A stretch of DNA of 63,535 nt, taken from Octopus bimaculoides. Taxonomy: Eukaryota. The notes beneath the pieces are model-generated. The model had not been told where the DNA came from and made no database searches. It was given only the letters and a program-made list of their open reading frames with translations. Of this stretch, positions 24,876 to 36,574 are shown piece by piece. The position numbers and the translations under genes were made by a program. How positions within the stretch are numbered: position 1 is the stretch's first letter; each line of letters starts with the position of its first letter. Location: positions 4,600,792 through 4,664,326 of the forward strand of contig NC_068987.1 in the NCBI RefSeq assembly GCF_001194135.2, given 5' to 3'.

Positions 24876-26185
24876 NNNNNNNNNNNNNNNNNNNNNNNNN
24901 NNNNNNNNNNNNNNNNNNNNNNNNNNNNNNNNNNNNNNNNNNNNNNNNNNNNNNNNNNNNNNNNNNNNNNNNNNNNNNNNNNNNNNNNNNNNNNNNNNNN
25001 NNNNNNNNNNNNNNNNNNNNNNNNNNNNNNNNNNNNNNNNNNNNNNNNNNNNNNNNNNNNNNNNNNNNNNNNNNNNNNNNNNNNNNNNNNNNNNNNNTAA
25101 TACAATGCATTGTATATTTATCCTAAATGCATTCAGGGAGATTCAAATGTGAATATACTATTAATTTCTATTTTATGGCAACTTTATTTTCATGACACAC
25201 TCATTAGTGCAAGGGACTCTAAGACAGCTGCTGTTTCAATGTTGTTTAGTCTCATCAGTGACAGACACGTTGTCGTGCAATTACTGTTAATACCTTGTTC
25301 AGAGATTTAACATTGCTTGTTTTCACTTTTTCGAGATCAGTGAACATCTCACTGGAAAAAGTATATACGTATTTGCATCGGGACATCTTTCGCATCAAAG
25401 ATCGTGATTGTCGTATGCTGATGACGGGTAAATACCCAGAAACTCGAGTCTGTGCGTATCACAGATCAAGATGGGAAGGATGACTTCCCTTTGCAAATAC
25501 AGACAGGACACAGATGTGTGTCAATAGCCAGCTGGAGGAGATGTTCTCCTGGGGCTAAAAGCAACAGTAACATTGTTAGGGTTTAGCCGCATTTAAGTGG
25601 CAAATATACTTCACGTTATTAATATGTACTAATTTTATCTTCATTATTATTTTAAACTTAAACTTCGTTCAACTTGTATTTAAAACANNNNNNNNNNNNN
25701 NNNNNNNNNNNNNNNNNNNNNNNNNNNNNNNNNNNNNNNNNNNNNNNNNNNNNNNNNNNNNNNNNNNNNNNNNNNNNNNNNNNNNNNNNNNNNNNNNNNN
25801 NNNNNNNNNNNNNNNNNNNNNNNNNNNNNNNNNNNNNNNNNNNNNNNNNNNNNNNNNNNNNNNNNNNNNNNNNNNNNNNNNNNNNNNNNNNNNNNNNNNN
25901 NNNNNNNNNNNNNNNNNNNNNNNNNNNNNNNNNNNNNNNNNNNNNNNNNNNNNNNNNNNNNNNNNNNNNNNNNNNNNNNNNNNNNNNNNNNNNNNNNNNN
26001 NNNNNNNNNNNNNNNNNNNNNNNNNNNNNNNNNNNNNNNNNNNNNNNNNNNNNNNNNNNNNNNNNNNNNNNNNNNNNNNNNNNNNNNNNNNNNNNNNNNN
26101 NNNNNNNNNNNNNNNNNNNNNNNNNNNNNNNNNNNNNNNNNNNNNNNNNNNNNNNNNNNNNNNNNNNNNNNNNNNNNNNNNNNNT
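24876..26185. other. Assembly gaps 24876-25097 and 25688-26185 in an exon-dense region
   Basis: N runs. Other gaps: 7349-7583, 16940-17331, 22489-22498, 28259-29000, 46987-47407, 48223-48786. Confidence 0.99.
25294..25449 (-). CDS. Candidate exon, 52 codons, phase 0/0: TRVSGYLPVISIRQSRSLMRKMSRCKYVYTFSSEMFTDLEKVKTSNVKSLNK; could instead be a first exon starting at an internal ATG
   Basis: Donor AAG|GTATTA and acceptor gatacgcacag|ACT. Locally CpG-rich. An upstream acceptor at 25554 reads into an in-frame TGA. Confidence 0.35.
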
Positions 26186-26911
26186 TATCTGCCAACAGCT
26201 GTTCCCTCTTCAAACAATCTCTAATACTAAGATAATATTTGTGAAAACCTTGAACAGGAATGCTTTGTTGATGGGTTTCCCCCCTGCTGTTATAATATCT
26301 GCTCCGTTATCTATGCCTTCGTTGTTTTATCATTAATATCATTTTTTTTTTTCCTTTCCACTCCATTTTCTCAAAATACTAGAAATAACCAAATGTACCA
26401 AGTTTCACCCTAATATAACGAACCCATTATTTATATATTACCAAGAAGCTATTTTGGTGTATTGAAAGCTACAGGAACCTGGAATCTTCTGGGTAAAACT
26501 AGCTAAAACTGGTGTAAACTGGTGTGAAATTAGTTAATCAAGGTAAAGGTAGTTAAACCATGGTAAAATTAGCCAATCTGGTTTAAACTGGCATGGAACC
26601 AGTTGATCGTAATGAAATATAAGTCAGCATTATTATCGCTGCCATCACCGTCATCATCGTCATTTAATGTCCATTTTGCATGTTGGTATGGGTTGGACAG
26701 TTTGATAGGAGCTGGTAAGGCCAAGGGTTGCATCAGGCTTCATTGTATGTTTTGCCATGGTTTTTTTATGACTGGATGCCCTTCCTAATGCCAACCACTT
26801 TACAGAGGGTACTGGGAGCTTTTTATGTGACACCAGCATTTGAAGTACTTGAATGATACTTCAATTTTTTTCAAACCACAAAAGAATGAAAGGCAAAAAC
26901 AACAACATTAC

Positions 26912-26946
<35 letters not shown>

Positions 26947-26950
26947 AAAC

Positions 26951-27022
26951 CTCATTTTCTTGTCGCCTCTTTTCTTCTTCAGCAGCAGCAGCTTCGGCTG
27001 CAGCAGCAGCAGCAGCAGCGTC
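26951..27022 (-). CDS. Exon, 24 codons, phase 0/0: DAAAAAAAAEAAAAEEEKRRQENE
   Basis: Acceptor ctctcatcttttgcag|GAC and donor GAG|GTTTGT. Confidence 0.88.
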
Positions 27023-28224
27023 CTGCAAAAGATGAGAGCAACAGAGTTTTAGCTTATGATAAACATGATGGCAAACCTTAGAACGGAAAATGACAGAAAA
27101 TAAATACAGGGAAATAATTGTTAAAATCATCAACAGATCTTTTATTGGTTATTCGTTCATCTGAACTTATACAAGTGGCTGAGAATTCTACAGACTCTTG
27201 TACTTGTAACGTGATCCTCAAGCAGAATCATCATGCTACAGCATGTAACAAAACTGGTCCCTTCAATTACAGGCACAGTTTCTCCAGTGAGTAGCTGCAC
27301 TGTTTCTATCTACCAATGAATTTACTCGTAAAAAGTTTAAGTTAACAAGAGGTTGTAGTGGAATACATTTGCGAAAAGGGCTGTGAAATAGGATCAAATG
27401 AGAGCCCTTGCACTTGTGAAGTAAAAACCTTCACCGTTTCACCAAATGTGTATTCAGTTTTTGCATACATGCACATATACATACATATATACATGCAAGC
27501 AAAAAAGTGCACATATGCAAGAAAACCAAAGTCTCATAGATACAGTATGAAGATATACTGAAGACCATATGCAACCAGACAAACTGACACAGCTATAGAC
27601 ATAAATATAATTACTCACAAAATCATAGAATTATGTGAAGTTATAATTCATGGCCCCTTTATTTACATATTGATTTATTTATTTGTCTCTTCAAGAAACC
27701 AAATTTAAAACCAAGTCTCAGATAACTAACTCTTGTAGCTTGTAAAAATCAAAAAATAATTCCTGCCAGTATGTCTGTGTGTGTCTGTGTGTGTCTGTGT
27801 GTCTGTATGTCTGTGTATGTCTGTGTGTGTGTATATGTGAGCATGCATGTGTGTGTTAGTGTTTTACCATTGTTACGTAGATAAAGTGCATTAATCCAAA
27901 TGCACAGTGTCTTGTATCTGCACTGTCTGTAATTTTGGTAGACAATGGACAAAAGAGACATTATTGACAGACTGTCAGAGAGAAAAATATGGAGATTATC
28001 AAAAAAATAACACAGAAGCTAATAAACTGGAAAAGCTAAAGAAAAGGAAAAAAAAAACAAATCTTGGACTATTTTGCTTTACCAACAACCATATACATAT
28101 ACATATATATATGTGTGTATATATATATGTATATATATATACATCTTGGTCTATCTTGTCTTAGCAAAAACTATATATATACATATATATACACATATAT
28201 TCCTTGGACTACTTTTGTCTTAAC

Positions 28225-28257
<33 letters not shown>

Positions 28258-29001
28258 TNNNNNNNNNNNNNNNNNNNNNNNNNNNNNNNNNNNNNNNNNN
28301 NNNNNNNNNNNNNNNNNNNNNNNNNNNNNNNNNNNNNNNNNNNNNNNNNNNNNNNNNNNNNNNNNNNNNNNNNNNNNNNNNNNNNNNNNNNNNNNNNNNN
28401 NNNNNNNNNNNNNNNNNNNNNNNNNNNNNNNNNNNNNNNNNNNNNNNNNNNNNNNNNNNNNNNNNNNNNNNNNNNNNNNNNNNNNNNNNNNNNNNNNNNN
28501 NNNNNNNNNNNNNNNNNNNNNNNNNNNNNNNNNNNNNNNNNNNNNNNNNNNNNNNNNNNNNNNNNNNNNNNNNNNNNNNNNNNNNNNNNNNNNNNNNNNN
28601 NNNNNNNNNNNNNNNNNNNNNNNNNNNNNNNNNNNNNNNNNNNNNNNNNNNNNNNNNNNNNNNNNNNNNNNNNNNNNNNNNNNNNNNNNNNNNNNNNNNN
28701 NNNNNNNNNNNNNNNNNNNNNNNNNNNNNNNNNNNNNNNNNNNNNNNNNNNNNNNNNNNNNNNNNNNNNNNNNNNNNNNNNNNNNNNNNNNNNNNNNNNN
28801 NNNNNNNNNNNNNNNNNNNNNNNNNNNNNNNNNNNNNNNNNNNNNNNNNNNNNNNNNNNNNNNNNNNNNNNNNNNNNNNNNNNNNNNNNNNNNNNNNNNN
28901 NNNNNNNNNNNNNNNNNNNNNNNNNNNNNNNNNNNNNNNNNNNNNNNNNNNNNNNNNNNNNNNNNNNNNNNNNNNNNNNNNNNNNNNNNNNNNNNNNNNN
29001 N

Positions 29002-29042
<41 letters not shown>

Positions 29043-31625
29043 AATTTGCATGTAAATGAGAAAAGAGGAGGATATAAAACTAATACTGAGGTTCATGCAG
29101 AAAGGAAAAATGAAAGTGCAAAAAGGAAAGGGTAATATATATACAAAAGAATAAGGGATAAGGTGAGAGAGAAAAGGGGGGGGAGGTAAAGGGAGATGGG
29201 GAAAATAAGGAGTCACACCTGGAAGAAAAGAAAAATAATTGTGTGGCAGAATTTAAAAAAACCATGTGAATATTAAGTAGATGCTGGTGCGATCAGAGAT
29301 CAAACCTGGAAGAAGAGTAGGACAAAAGAGGAAAATTCTAGGAATAGTTTGACTGTGAACCTCCACACACAGACACACAAAGGGAATTAGTAAAATATTG
29401 GTTGACTTATGGCCCCTAGATTTGACCAGGTAACAGCTAGTCCACTTTCTAAATTCTATTTAAAAACAGAGCAGCAAATGGCCCTTAATTTTAATGGGAT
29501 GTAGCTGCTAGTCTTAGCTGTTAAACTAACTAGCCTTAGTTGGTTTGTTTTATGTCTTTTTGACCCCTAAATTTTTTAGGGTTAGCAAGCTAGGTCTAGT
29601 AAGCTACAGGACTGTCTAATATTAAATTGGCCAGCACAGAAAGACCCCTAAAATCTTTTAAGGACAGCAAGCTAGATCTAGTAAGTAATCTAATCTACAA
29701 GTCCATCTCTGAAGGGGGTCAATGTCCCATCAGGCAATAAAATAATTTTGTAGATGTGTCAGCCCCTGTGACACCAGACTTGCCTGGGACCAACCACAAA
29801 TGCGAACAGTAAAACTCTCACACAAAAACACAAGCTTTATTGAGTCAGACGTTGTGACTCTCCAGCACAGAAATGTGTTACACTTGGAGCAAATGTTCTG
29901 CTGCTGAAAGTAACGAGAAAGAATCTACAATAAAACTGTTGCAACTTCCAGATATCTCTCCAACCCATTCTCAAGTTTCTTCAGTCTTTCTTAAGGATTA
30001 TTTTCTTTCTCGGTTATTTGCTCCAAAATAATAAACATAACTGGTTTAAGTCACCACAGAAAATTATCCAGCTGAATGGCTCTCAGTAAAATTTGTGCAA
30101 AGAGAAAGCTTCTATGCAAGACTCTCAATAAGGGGTTAACAAAACGAAATTATTCTTATAGAACAAGTTTCAGTAGAATCACTTGTCTTGTTAGATTCTT
30201 TTCAACTGGCTACTTTTTCCACTGAACATAAATATTTGCCATTTGAGCCTTGGAATTATCAAAATAGTTGTTTCAGAACAACACTATTTGTTCTATTCTT
30301 AATTTGCTCAAGTGTAAGAAATGCCTGGCCAAATAACGGTTTAGTGATCTGTCGAAAGAAAAGAATATAAAAAGAAAAAAAAAGGAAGAAAAAAGAAATT
30401 CACAATGAACATTTTCAGTCAATGGTTTTTAGCCTTTAGTTATGGCATCACATTTTCTGCAATATTAATGAACTTCTGACCAGGTAATCATGAACCAAGT
30501 TTTCATGCAATGACTGTGGTGAAATGCTACTGGGGAAAACTACAGTTTACTGAAAGAAGTCCAGCTCTGCCTGTCTGGCAATGAGGAGGATCTGACACCA
30601 AATTCACTGCTTAATGATTAAGGATAAAATAACTGACCAGTTGTTGATACCACTGACCCCCCCCCCTGTAGTGTGAATGCTTAAATTTACACTAAAAAAA
30701 AAAAAACTCTGCCAATATGGAAAAAATATCATCATAGCTTAACATCCACTTTTCCATGCTTGCATGGGTTAGATGAAATTTGGAGAGTTGGATTTTCTAC
30801 AGCTGGATGTCTTTACTGTCACCAATGCCCACCTGTTTCCAAGCAACATAATATTCCTCCATGACCAGACATGTTTTCATGGAAGATTGGAAACAAAAGA
30901 TGCTGCTTGTATGACAGTGACTCTCATTTACAACATTCACGGAATCAAGGCAAGGAGAAACACTCACACAATGAGCTTCTTTCAGTTTCCATCAACCAAA
31001 TCCACTCACAAGGCTTTTGCTGGCCTGGGGCTATAATAGAAAACTGTTGCCCATAGTCCCATGCAATGGAACTGAAACCAAGACCATGTGGTTGAAAAAT
31101 AAACTCCTTAATCACACAGCCAAGCCTGCACCTATATGTAGAATCTCTTTCAGTCTTTTAGGTAGCATTCAGGATATTGTGCCAAGTGCACCAATTACCA
31201 CAAGAATAATTGTCTTGGTCTTCCAGTCTTCTTAACTCTGTGGGTGAATCCTGATATTTCTTAATTTTTTTCAATTTCTTTGGTAGACTTATGATAGGAA
31301 ATTACAGTGTATAATCTTACACTGTTTACTACTACTACTACTATTACTACTACTACTACTGCTACTACTACTTATTTTTATTATTATTTATATATTATTT
31401 ATTTATTTACATTTTAGGTGAAGACATGAATTTCAAATAAAAATCTTTTGCACCCAAAATTATTATTAATTATTATTTATATTTTTATATTGTAGTTAGT
31501 AATAAAGGATGGCCATAAATGAAGCTAGACCATTGTGAAATGTTCATTGTTTGTTTGGAAGTCTATAGACCAAGTCTATACTAGGAGAAATCTCACAGCA
31601 AGTCTATTAGGAACCATAAACAAAC

Positions 31626-31670
31626 CTCTTCTTCTTTCCGTCTGCGTTCTTCAGCAGCAGCAGCACCGTC
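31626..31670 (-). CDS. Exon, 15 codons, phase 0/0: DGAAAAEERRRKEEE
   Basis: Acceptor ttctactttgattctacag|GAC and donor GAG|GTTTGT. Resembles exon 26951-27022. Confidence 0.88.
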
Positions 31671-33841
31671 CTGTAGAATCAAAGTAGAACAATTTTTGCC
31701 TTTTTTAATTGTTAGTCCAAAGATTACTAGTTGCATGACAGTAGTTTACTTTAAATAATGGGCTACGAGGTGGACTTATCAAAAAACTAAGTCGTCTTAA
31801 ATAAAGCAATGGAGGTCTTAGACTTGGACAACTGAAAAATAAGTTACTAACTTAAAATTTATTGTTTCTTAAGTAAAGTTACAAAACGGTTATAAATGTT
31901 CCTTATTTGCGGATTTTTGATTTTAGATTTGGCAACCAAATCCAAAAAAGAGAAGGATTATCATTATTCTTTAAGTGGAACACTTGAAAATTGCTAACCG
32001 TAATTGAATGAAAGCTGAGGTAATGTTAAAAATATCCACAAATAAAGAATTTATCAACGTGGTGTTGCATTTGCACTCTTACTGTTCACCACTAACATGT
32101 GTGTATGTGTATATACACACACATACGCACAAGCATATATATTACATAACAAAAGTAAACTACATTAACTACAAAATAAACATTATTTCTTTTAATAATG
32201 ATTGATGTTAAACATGTTTAAAGTGTTAAATATAATGTTAAATTTAGTTTGTATTTTTGGTCTTTTTTTTTTTACATTCAGACTCAAAAAGCTGAAAAAG
32301 AAAGGCATTGTTTGATAAAATGCAGAAAATAATTTCTTATCACAGAAACCAATCTCAAACTATAACCAGGTTTAAAATATCTAAATAACTATTTCAGTAC
32401 TTGTATAATACTTAAATCTAAATTATTAAATTAATAATAAGAAGAAGAGAAGGTAGAATTGGCAAATTAAGGTTGATTCTATTCCAAGTCAAACATTTTC
32501 AAAGTTGGATTATGCAGATGTATGAGTAACAGTTCATGTTTTTAGCTAAAATTTATTGTTAAAGAAAAGAATAGAAATAGGATAGAATAATAATGGCAAG
32601 TAAGAATTCTTTGTAGAATTTTAGCATACAGAACGTTGTAATCTGATAGTTGAGAGCAACACAGCAGGTGATAGATTCTATACTTGCAGAAGCTACAAAT
32701 CTCAAAGAAATTTGGGATTTGGAAGCTGTTACATAAATCACCTCAATTTTCTGTAATGATTCACAACTCGTTAAGCCCGACGAATAATTTTGAACTTTTA
32801 GTTGTCTGCTGCAAGAGATCTTGTAATGAGAGCTCAACATGTTTAAGAATACAAATATGAGCAGAAATAACTGTTTTATAAATAATTGTTTCAAAGAAAC
32901 TTCTTCATATAATCTTCAGTTCCCTCAGAGTACTCTTGTTAATTAATAACTTGTCACCTGTAATCAAAGAAACCTTTTACCTTTTAGAAAGGTCTCTCTG
33001 ATTACGGCTGGCAATCATGCTCCATATGCCAAGCTGTCCTCTATTTGTTTAACACCAGGTCATTTCTGATTAAGTAAACTTATGATCAAAGGTGATCCAA
33101 CCAGGAACATCCCAGCTTTCTTTTTATATCCAGGACAACATTTTATAATGTGTCTTTCCTTTTCTTTTTTAAGACTTGAGACAGTTGGGTGCTATTTCTA
33201 GCATATCAGGACATGTAAGCCCTTTCATTGGCTTGCATGTGGTCTTATCGAAGCCCATAGGAGATATACTTTGATGCAGTTTTCTGTATAGCAGACTGAG
33301 AACATGGCACTTAATCTGTTTTTGACTGTGCAGAACAATTAGCAGTGAATCTGGAAGAGACAGGCCGAGCCAGTTCTATTAATTGAGAGTAGCTTCAATT
33401 TATCTAGACTAAGAAAAGAATTTCAAGATAGAGAGGCAGTTAGTTGACCTTCAGTTATTTTTGGCATGTATGTACGTGTTTTATCAAGGTTGGAATAAAA
33501 AAGAAAATGGCTTTGGTCACTCGACTAGTCAATGTGTGGTGGAAACATGAGAGAGAAGCACCAACAATGAACTCTGAAGGAATTATCTTTAGAGAATATT
33601 TTATCAAAGGTCAAATAATTTTGGTTACATATCATATATTTGTATTGTTCTTACAACTAACAAAAGCCATGGCTCAAGATAACCACCGTACGACTGCTTT
33701 GCTGATGTGAATGGTTTAGTTTAACTGGACGATCAATTTAAGAGAGAGGAACAAAACTATAAGTTAATTAATTAAACACTTAAATACTAATGATGTCTTA
33801 CAGATTTCATATAGAATACACAAGTGAGTAAATGCACAAAA

Positions 33842-33904
<63 letters not shown>

Positions 33905-34929
33905 CTTCATCAAATGTTAATTATTAAGACTCAGGCCATGCTACTCATGGCCATGGAAATTATGTAAAATAAAATTTAAAATACTCTGTAAAAACAAAAT
34001 CAAGAAATACCTGCATTCACAAAGTAATTAATTAAGAAACAAAATACTTTTGTAGATGGGGGCTAATATTATAGTAACTAATCAACAAGTTTGTCTTTAA
34101 GTATCAGAGAAATCAAGTTAGTAGAATGAATATCAAACTGGCTCAGAGAATAGGAAATATTTATTTGTTTATTTAAGACAATGAATCAGAAATGGTAAAA
34201 CAGTGGAACCAAATATTCTTACCATCTTAATGACAAAATTGTTTTACTAAATTCTTCATTGTTTTTAAGATTAATTGAAACAAAGGCAATGGATTTCAAT
34301 AGAAATATGGTAAGAAAAAGAGTAAAATCTTAAAATTAAACAAAAATCAATGGTATTTTGTTTCCTTTGGTGCCTTATTAAGAATGATCTTAATCTAAAC
34401 ATTTAATCAGAAATGGAAACTATAAATGAAAACACAAAAACAATTATGCTTACAATCTGTAAAAAAATATTATATATGTATATATAGTATATAAATATAT
34501 GAAAAGGATAAACATTTGTGATGTATAAGGGAGTGTATATGCAATCAACTTTTCACTGGATGGTACTAAAATGTGGAATTATTTGTAATAATAAATCTAA
34601 ATAGTATGCTGATGATACAAAGCTTTTAATGGTTTTGCACCATACAATACAATTATTGTAGTAAATCTCATTTGTGTCTGCAGGGATCAGGGTACAAACA
34701 GCAATTCATTGAATTGTGGTATTTTTTTAAGCATGCAAAATAAAATCTTTAAAAGAGGAAAAAATAAGGATTGAAAATAAATTAAGAGAAATGTTAAATT
34801 TGGGGGAGATTTAGTTTGTGTCCATAAATACCCTCTTTTCTTTTTATTTTATTTTTGTGGAATACCATCAAAAGAAATATTTTTTCAATAATTAATTAAT
34901 TTTCAGCAATATCAGAGATAATCATTTTT

Positions 34930-35275
34930 CATTTGTTTGACAGACATATGTTACTGGCACATAAAAATCACCATTCGAGTGTGGTCATTGTCAGTGCCAC
35001 CTGACTGGCTCCTGTATTGGTGGCACATAAAAAGCACCATTCAAGCTTGTCAATGCCAATACTGCCTGACTGGCCCTCGTGTCAATGGCATGTAAAAAAA
35101 GCACCCACTACGCTCTTGGAGTGGTTGGCATGAGGAAGGGCATCCAGCTGTGGACACTTTGCCAGATCAGATTGAAGCCTAGTGCAGCCTTCTGGCTTGC
35201 CAGTCCTCAGTCAAACTGTCCAACCCATGCCAGCATGGAAAATGGACGTTAAACAATGATGATGATGATGATGAA
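34930..35275 (+). mobile_element. SINE/short retroposon family 3 with internal approximately 55-bp triplication and (GAT)n tail
   Basis: Core ggttggcatgaggaagggcatccagctg. Reverse copies at about 16040, 24180, 26650, 30740, 39480, 42940 and 62460. Confidence 0.75.
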
Positions 35276-35671
35276 TTCTCTTGTTAAAACCTGGTCAGAG
35301 AAGTAATGTACAGGTGAGAGACAAATACCTGTTTACTTCTATAGCAAGTCACACCTGAATGACTCCACAACATGAATAGTGCTGATAATCCAGAGATCAA
35401 ATGCTAAATCAGTTAATCCAGCAAGTAGGGCCTCACACCAGTGAAGTGGGGGGGGGACAGCTGGTGCACTGTAAAGCTATGGAAAGGAAGGCCCTAGAGA
35501 AGAGCTACTTGCTCAAATGGCTGAGTATTCCAAAGAAATATGTCCTCAAATCACAGTTTAGATCACCATGTGTGTATGTGTTTTCTTTTATTCTTTTATT
35601 TGTTTCAGTCATTTGACTGTGGCCATGTTGGGGCACTGCCTTTAGCTGAAGAAATCGACCCCAAGTCTTAT

Positions 35672-35892
35672 ACATTATTTACATTATTTACATTTGACGG
35701 ATATTTGTCTTCATCATGTTTGTTGTCAACACAACGTTTCGGCTGATATACCCTCCAGCCTTCGTCAGGTGTCTTGGGGAAATTTCGAACCTGGGTTCTC
35801 ATTCCTAACGATGTTACTATTATTATCCGTCAAATGTAAATAATGTAAATAATGTAAATAATTCCTCATCTCTTAAATATAGAACTGTATTA
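35672..35892 (-). mobile_element. Short Penelope-like (PLE)-type non-autonomous element with a hammerhead and inverted end, inserted into a SINE
   Basis: 33-bp perfect inverted repeat (35671-35703 / 35824-35856) and 12-bp direct repeat CCCAAGTCTTAT (35660-35671 / 35893-35904) as a TSD. Confidence 0.75.
35728..35773 (-). ncRNA. Minimal type I hammerhead ribozyme motif (family A), intact core
   Basis: GACAC-CUGACGA-A-GGCUG-gagggtatat-CAGCC-GAA-ACGU-U^GUGUU: stem I GACAC/GUGUU, stem II GGCUG/CAGCC, palindromic ACGU stem III. Confidence 0.7.
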
Positions 35893-36214
35893 CCCAAGTC
35901 TTATTTTTTGTAAGCGCAGTACTTATTCTGTCGGTCTCTTTTGCTGAACTGCTAAATTACAAGGATGTAAACACACCAACATCGGTTGTCAAGCGATTGT
36001 GGAGGAACAAGCACAGACACACAAACATATAAATATATACGATGGGCTTCGTTCAGTTTCCATCTACCACATCCACTCACAAGGCTTTGGTCGGCCTGAG
36101 GCCATAGTAGAAGACACTTGCCCAAGGTGCCATGCTGTGGGACTGAACCCGTAACCATGTGGTCGAGAAGCAAGCTCCATACCACACAGCCACTTCCATG
36201 TGTATATATAATAG

Positions 36215-36533
36215 TGAAGACACATGGCTCAGTGGGTAGGTTAATCGGCTCACAATCATAAGATCATGAGTTCGATTCCTGGTAGTACATTGCGTCCTTG
36301 AGCAAGACACTTTATTTCACATTGCTCTAGTCCACTCAGCTGGCAAAAATGAGTTGTACATGTATTTCAAAAGGACCAGCCTTGTCACATTCTGTGTCAC
36401 ACTGAATCTCCCTAAGAACTATTTGAAGGGTACACATGTCTGTGGAGTGCTCAGCCACTTGCATGTTAATTCCACAAGTAGGCTGTTCTGTTGATCAAAT
36501 AACTGGACCACTCAACATCATAACTGATGGATT

Positions 36534-36540
<7 letters not shown>
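36215..36540 (+). mobile_element. tRNA-derived SINE family 4
   Basis: A box tggctcagtgg and B box gagttcgattcc. Related copies at about 40190-40450 (+) and 41740-41965 (-). Confidence 0.75.

Positions 36541-36574
<34 letters not shown>

Larger units (their letters stand above)
35585..36200 (-). mobile_element. SINE family 1 interrupted by the family A hammerhead element
   Basis: SINE sequence resumes after the TSD at 35893. Confidence 0.85.

Noticed and set aside
25411-25428. Plus-strand LSYADD resembling the reverse transcriptase YADD motif
   Set aside because: Flanked by stops, with no other recognisable RT motifs; probably chance.
32742-32819. Possible 26-codon phase-0 exon ISCSRQLKVQNYSSGLTSCESLQKIE
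   Set aside because: Splice sites only moderate and composition unlike neighbouring exons; not excluded.
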